This document shows positions 58,018-64,000 of a stretch of 64,000 bases of DNA, piece after piece. The translations under genes were made by a program, and so were the position numbers. Numbering within the stretch: the stretch's first letter is position 1; every line of letters begins with the position of its first letter. Source of the DNA: Hyphochytrium catenoides (Eukaryota; Protista; Hyphochytriomycota); assembly GCA_900088475.1 (NCBI GenBank), contig FLMG01000823.1, positions 1 through 64,000 of the forward strand, in the 5' to 3' direction. The notes under the pieces are model-generated. The model was not told the DNA's origin. It did no database searches and saw only the letters and a list, made by a program, of their open reading frames with translations.

Positions 58018-60429
58018 ATGGCAAGTGCTTGCAGAAGGGTCGAGCCACATCCCTTACCTTTCTCTCTCTCAAAAGAGTCCTATCAGGAGGCCGCCGCAGC
58101 TCTTCCTTTAGCGCCATCCTCAACGGGCGCCACGACCGGAACCATTCCTTACCACAGTTCGCCTTGCTCAAGCTTCCTCAAGTTCCTCGCTGATGTCCTC
58201 ATACTCTTCTGCCTCAGTTTCACTATCACAGCAGGAGTCCTCGTTCTCTACATCTTCCTCTGTATCTTTCTTCCGTCTCCAATCTCTCTTGCTTGGTGCC
58301 ACAGCCGGTGCTCATCTCTTTCTGGTGGGACTGAGGTTCAGGATTGTAGGGGTGAGATACCCTGGATCTCCTCCTGCGGCATATTGACCAGCATGGGCCA
58401 CTATGTCTTCGTTCTCTTGGTGCTGCATCCAGGTAGCTTTCTAACGTGTTCCTATGCATACAAGGAAATCTATCCGAGGAGAAACGCTCAGCCTGGAGCT
58501 CTACGAAGGTTAGTTTGGTGGACCGTCGTGGTGACCATCGCCAGTAGCGTGCTTTATACGTTGCAAGTGCGTGTGATTGGTAGCATCGGCTTCTATCCCG
58601 GGCAGATTGGGTATGTTGCCTTGTTGCTCATCGTTCATTATGACAAACCCGCGGGAGGCTGGAGTCGGTCGCAATACTTCACAGAGATTGGGACACAGAT
58701 GATCCCCACCGTAGCGGTGATTGGATCACTGAACTTCCTCTTTCCTCTTCTCTTCCAACATCTCTCGTTCTCTCTGCGGCGGATAACTGTAGGCTACGTC
58801 CTCCCAGCTTGCTTCTTCCTCCTTTCGATAGCAACTAAACGTTGTTTGGCTAGGCTCCAAGAGAGAAGCAGTAGTAGAGCGTCTGCAACGGCGCCGGGCA
58901 ACGATCGAAAACTCTCTTATCCTTTTCCTTCAGCTCTCCTGGCTGTTGCGCCCGGTGCGATCGTGACGAAGATCAAGAAGATAATCCCGGCTAGTGCCGT
59001 AGGCCTTTCTAACAGACAAGAGCTGGGCGAGCCGGCAGGTGGACTGCGCAGGGAGGAAAGAGAACAATGCTCAGCGCTGATGGGCCCCAACAGGGGAGAG
59101 GAATGTCGAGAGAGATCAGCCGCCACACCTGCTGCTGGTACCACGGTACGGGAAGAGGAGCCTGGAGAAGCGTCGTTAGAGCAAAGACACCACAGAAAGG
59201 GAAGAGAAGCAGCAGGTCATATGTCCGCAGTGCCCGAGCACACCTCGTCAAGTAAGCCAAGAGAGATGAAGGAGAAGCAACAATTGATGGAAAGAGACGG
59301 ACAGGAGAGGGAAGCAGTCATAAACGAGGACGGTCACCTCAGATCAGGAAGTAAGGCAGCACACCTCGTCGGAGATTCTCACAACGAGGTGGTGGGAGGA
59401 AGAGTTGAAGATCAGAGACGTCAAGAGAGTGCCCGGGTACTGCAAAAAGGACTGGAAAAAAGCAGCACTACTTCCACGGAGTCTATCAGTGGAGATCCCA
59501 TTCTTTTCATGCTCTATTTGACACTTCAATCAATCCAAGTCTGCGCGAGCATTAGCAACGCCCAAGAGCTTAACGCACTTCAACTTATCGCCACCTCTAC
59601 GGGCTCTTCTTGTCTAAACTTCATTGCTACGATTACGTTTCGGATCTTCAAGGCCAGGCTTTCTCTTTCGAATGCGCATGCCAAGAAACGGAGAGAGACA
59701 AGAGCAGCGGTGAGAAGGGAGAAGGAGGAAAGAGAAAGAGCAGGCACTATAGAGACTCAGGAAGAAGTCACAACAATCGCCAAGAAAGTTGTGATGGTGG
59801 GATCAGCTTCCATCTCGACGCCCTTTGCTGGTGACGAACCCCCGAAGAGAGAAGAAATGAACATCTTTGCAAGCCAGCATAGGGAAGAAGAAGCAAAAAT
59901 GGCCCCGAGGATGAGCACTATTCTTACTTCTTTCAGAGACTCACTGACTCTTCTCTCTTCTTCCTCTCTCGACAACAATGAGGAACTAAAGGCACGCGTA
60001 ACCTCCTGGCGACGAATGGCGATGAACATGACGATTGCGACGGTCTGTTCCATTGCAGTTCTGGTTGTTACTCTTCTCTGTCGAAATTTCGTGCGCAGCG
60101 GGATGTTAAGGCACGGCACCTGCTACACAGGTCTTGGAGACGCTAGCTTAGAGACTGGTGACTCTGAGTCTCTTCTTTTACAGATATCTGTCTCGGGTTT
60201 TTGGGCATCAATGGATCCTAGAATAGATTATGTGCAGTACGTGGTCGTGGTGCTGGTCCTCGTGTTAGCCTTTGTCGGCATACTGGAGCTGATGGGGCTA
60301 CACTTCTTGTACACGTGGTCGAGAGAGAGGCGGATGCATTTCCAGAATGCTATCCTCTTCCAGATCTTTATGAGCCCTTTTCTGACCACTAGCCTACTCT
60401 TCGCACTCATCTCCCCTGCCATGTGCTAG
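58018..60429 (+). CDS. Intronless multi-pass membrane protein, paralog B
   Basis: 803-aa ORF sharing WCHSRC, LHPG.(Y/F)LTCS.AYKE, FYPGQIG, AVIGSLNFLFPLL, DP.LFMLYLTLQSIQ.CASISN, ATSTGSSCL, RRMAMNMT and PFLTT with paralog A. Confidence 0.85.
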   Translation: MASACRRVEPHPLPFSLSKESYQEAAAALPLAPSSTGATTGTIPYHSSPCSSFLKFLADVLILFCLSFTITAGVLVLYIFLCIFLPSPISLAWCHSRCSSLSGGTEVQDCRGEIPWISSCGILTSMGHYVFVLLVLHPGSFLTCSYAYKEIYPRRNAQPGALRRLVWWTVVVTIASSVLYTLQVRVIGSIGFYPGQIGYVALLLIVHYDKPAGGWSRSQYFTEIGTQMIPTVAVIGSLNFLFPLLFQHLSFSLRRITVGYVLPACFFLLSIATKRCLARLQERSSSRASATAPGNDRKLSYPFPSALLAVAPGAIVTKIKKIIPASAVGLSNRQELGEPAGGLRREEREQCSALMGPNRGEECRERSAATPAAGTTVREEEPGEASLEQRHHRKGREAAGHMSAVPEHTSSSKPREMKEKQQLMERDGQEREAVINEDGHLRSGSKAAHLVGDSHNEVVGGRVEDQRRQESARVLQKGLEKSSTTSTESISGDPILFMLYLTLQSIQVCASISNAQELNALQLIATSTGSSCLNFIATITFRIFKARLSLSNAHAKKRRETRAAVRREKEERERAGTIETQEEVTTIAKKVVMVGSASISTPFAGDEPPKREEMNIFASQHREEEAKMAPRMSTILTSFRDSLTLLSSSSLDNNEELKARVTSWRRMAMNMTIATVCSIAVLVVTLLCRNFVRSGMLRHGTCYTGLGDASLETGDSESLLLQISVSGFWASMDPRIDYVQYVVVVLVLVLAFVGILELMGLHFLYTWSRERRMHFQNAILFQIFMSPFLTTSLLFALISPAMC

Positions 60430-61744
60430 ACAAGTGGTGCATTCTTCCCCATGTCTTTTTCTCTCGTGCCCATGTTATCACGTCTCAATATTCCTTGCAC
60501 AATGCGTCTTCGCAGGCCTAACGCAAGTGCCTAAGCTGCTAGAAGACAGACTGCTTATCCAATCTAAGTGCGTGGCTGAGAGGCATTCCCTCTTCGGTGA
60601 ATAAGAGTACTGCTTCACTCAACATAATGCAAATGCTCTTATATTTCACCAACCCACAGGGAGGTACCGTGAATAAGGTTGCTTTTATATATAACAGACC
60701 GCTATACCCTTCCTCCTGCTGATATTGGCGTCAAAATAGATGGGCAACGTAGACAAAGAGTGAAGGGATGACAGACAAAATAGACATGAAGCATGAGAAT
60801 GACGATAGAGGAGAAGGAGACAATATGAAGGAGTAGATAGTACTAGCGATAAGGACGAGAAGAAAGAGAGGGGCAACCTCTTATTGCTCAAGATTCCTCC
60901 AATGTGGCAAGCAAGCAACTTGTGAGGCCTGTCATGGGTGGCCGCGACTCCTCACCATAACGGCCCCAGCTAGCAGCACTGCGTTCCTTCTTCTTTCCCC
61001 ATCTTGTCCCTTGACTCTTACGAGGCGTTCGTCAGCGGTCAATTCAAGTGTAATTGGACCAGTTGGCCTTTTGGCGCTAACTCTGCTCCACAGGACCCAA
61101 TACTCTTCAAACCTCGCATCCAAGCTCTTGCTTCCTAAAACCAGTCATCAAGTGGTCTCCAGCACCTGATGCTGCTGCTTTCTTCAGAAGAAGAATGGGG
61201 CACTGAGGCCTTGGAGACGGAAGAGCTTTATCAAAAGAACACGGGATCTGCCTGAAGATTGACAGAAATAATGGAGTAGTGCCAAAGGTCAGGATTCGCA
61301 AGCGTATCGCTGCATTTTTGAGCTCACCATTTCAGAGCTTCTCCAGGAGTCGTCCAGCACCACCCTCGGAGTACAGCGCACGATACGAGTTTGTATAGTG
61401 GAGCTTCCACATATCTTCAGAATAGTTCTGAGTCTTGAGATGAAGAATATTGAGAAGATAGTAGCTCTTCAGCCTCCTAGTACAGTTGTAGTCTTAGAGA
61501 GAAGCGTAAGGTCTCTTCCAAAGGGAGCTAGGAGCCCGTATACTCGGGGCAATACCTAGTAGCCCAAGGTCTACCCCTAGATTCAGCGCTTTGCGGGGCT
61601 CTTACTATGTTCTCTGTCCTTCTCTAGCTTGTCGTTTATTCCGGGGGCTCTTTTGGAGGTTTGTCCCCATTTATCACACTGCTGAACCAGAGTGTCGAGG
61701 CATTCCCCGGAGCACGTCAGCACAGAGGAAGCTTGTGCAGCATC

Positions 61745-64000
61745 ATGCAAGTTGGCAATGGCAAGAGCAGGAAACGGAGCTTCCGGCAGGTACATGTGAA
61801 TCTTGAGACTCCCTACACTGCTCTTTCTTTGATTCTTGCTGGCACGGTTAAGCTTAAGCTTGTCGTTATGTTTTAGGTCTCCTTGGCTGAACCTGTGCAG
61901 AAGCTCAGTTTCCCCCATAACATGCTCCCAACAGCTATTCACCTAGCAAACGTCGATAACTCACTTCCTCCAGAGTCCGCGCTAGTTGTTGGCGGTATCG
62001 ATGGCCATCTGGCAATATTCAAGGTTTCACTCTCCGCCTTTTCCTATAAGCTGTACTGCTCGCTCAGGCTTGATGAGCCTCTTTTCTGCTATTTGCACTC
62101 CCGGCCGGCCATCAATCGATGCTTGTGGTTCACTTCTCTATGTCTGCTCGTACGACAGGGTACAGTGACAAGCGCCCCACGGTACGTCGCCCAGAGCTTG
62201 GGTACCATCACTTTGATCGTGTCAGGAGACATATGGCAGACCGGAAAGGTGGACGTCTACCCTCTACCTCTACATTTTTTCTTGACTAGCTCTGCTTTAC
62301 ATCTCTAACTCTCCTTGAATTCTTCTTTGACTGTCTAAGAAGCTCCAGGCTGACCCGCTTGCTTTGCCTCTCTCTCCGCACCATAATGTATGATGACAGA
62401 ATGATCTCATCGTCATCTGTGCAGAGGGATATGCTTTCCTCTTCACCTTGGCGCCATCTACTGACCTGGATCCGGTTCTTATCCACCCCTCAGGAACTTA
62501 TGTGAGTTCTTCACTTTGCCTTGTCCTACCTGTCTATGCCGCTCACCTTCAAAACTTGGGCGCTCCACCACCTGTCAGCCTCTATTTCCTCCATCCTTCA
62601 TTCTAACGTTTACATCGCGGCAGCAAGTTCCTTGCAATGTCACCAGCGGATTGCTCCAACCCATCAACGGTTCAAAGGGTCCATTGTTAGTCTTAGGTAC
62701 CCAAACAGGCGAGGTGTACGCCTACCGGTTTGTAGAGCGGGTGAGCCATTGCTCGTCGCTCTTCTAATAGGATACCCTTTCTTATCTCTCTTATTTCCCA
62801 TTCTGATAGGAAACCTCTTCCTGTCCCTTCGTAGAATTAGCGCGGCTGAAGATCGCCGAACCGGTAAGTGATCATGAGATATTATTTGATGCCTAAAGCT
62901 CTTCTATTTCTCTAACTAGAGTTGGCTTCCTTACACTCTAGATCCATTCTATTGCCCGGTCTACAAAAGGCTGTCTGGGCCTTGTCAAAGAGGGTGATGG
63001 CTTGATACTTGGCCTTCGTTCAGGAGGCGTAGCCGTTGTCGACTGCCAAACTTGGCAGATGAAGAGGACTGAGTCCGGTATGAGCTTAGAAAGCTATTTC
63101 TCTTTCCCTAGGTCCCAGAACAACCCACCTTCTCCCTCAACAGGCTGACACGTGCTTTCTTGCAGCGGCCAATATTGAGGAGGAGTTTGGAGGGATCTTT
63201 GTTCTCTCCCATTTTCCAACATCTTTAGGAGCAACGAGCAGGTCAGACATCCCTTAAATGACGGACACAGGGTGTTTGACCGTTATGGCAAGAAGTTGGC
63301 AGGATGGAACTCTGCGCCTCAGCATAGCGAACCTGATGATAGGCGGTGGCTTTAGCTCTATTATTGTCGCCCCTAATGATCGCTTCCTCAGGCTGGCGAG
63401 TTCATCTGTTGCTATTATTTCCCTAAGCGGCAGAATAGAGCTTCTGTCAGAGAATACCGGAAGCGTCCTAGATACCTTCTCACTTGAGGATGAGATTGTG
63501 TCACTTGGTGCTCTGACATTGGATGGGAAGGAGGTATGTATATTGCATCTATGTGCCGTCCAATGAAGTGGTGTAGAGTTTTTGGTTGTCACTCTTTGGA
63601 CATCGCCTTGTAATCCGCTGCGCTTTTCCTCGCTGGAAGGCTGCACCAAGTGGAGGTCGCCCTCTAATCTTCCTCTAAAGCAGTGTTATGCTAAGGAGAA
63701 GGCCAACGAGAATTATTGCCTGTCTGAATGCTAACCCAATGCCTTATTCGCTGCTCTATAATTCTTTACAGCTTCTAGCTCTTTGCTCGTACGATGGTGT
63801 CGTACACTTGCTAGATGACAGGATGCGGGAGTGCCGGATCCCTCTTCCAGCACAAGTCCGAGCATTCATTGCAGGTAACCGTAGAACTGATCAGCGAGAC
63901 TACCCAGAAGAGGTTACAAAATGATGCAGAAGATAGTTAGCGCATGAGGAAGAGCAGGTATTTAAGAGCTAAGTTACTGAAGGTGAAGCCTGAGAAATGG
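61745..64000 (+). CDS. ITFG2: ITFG2 (KICSTOR complex FG-GAP repeat subunit), multi-exon, truncated at the window end
   Basis: Exons encode AIHLANVDN..LVVGGIDGHLAIFK, LGTITLIVSGDIWQTGK, LIVICAEGYAFLF, QVPCN..INGS..LVLGTQ..VYAYRF, ALTLDG and ALCSYDG.V.LLD...VRAFIAG, collinear with ITFG2 motifs as I recall them. Confidence 0.8.

Noticed and set aside
60932-61480. Short minus-strand ORF fragments between paralog B and ITFG2
   Set aside because: Could not be assembled into a coherent gene or matched to any motif.

Overview
Eukaryotic, intron-rich genomic window with GT-AG introns, CTAAC/CTGAC branch points, many (AG)n/(CT)n microsatellites and one N gap. The gene architectures suggest a stramenopile-like protist or alga (inference only). 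In order it holds: (1) a membrane-anchored RanBP2-zinc-finger HECT E3 ligase; (2) a ~13 kb cluster of four co-oriented, intronless paralogs encoding dehydrin-like proteins, with a 421-bp tandem duplication between them; (3) HUS1; (4) a large PXA-RUN-DysF-PX-Nexin_C sorting nexin on the minus strand; (5) a possible TEDC2-like gene; (6) a long kinesin-14-like gene with IQ and EF-hand motifs whose ATPase motifs are degenerate; (7) a coiled-coil gene; (8) a small PX protein; (9) an orphan ORF followed by a decayed non-LTR retroelement; (10) two tandem intronless multi-pass membrane protein paralogs; (11) the 5' part of ITFG2. The best candidate for an undescribed system is the dehydrin-like cluster. 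Its proteins combine plant-type S- and K-like segments with a His/Val/Glu-rich beta-type module, which is expanded 8-fold at an exact 255-bp period in one copy. Family assignments come from recalled motifs; no database searches were run.
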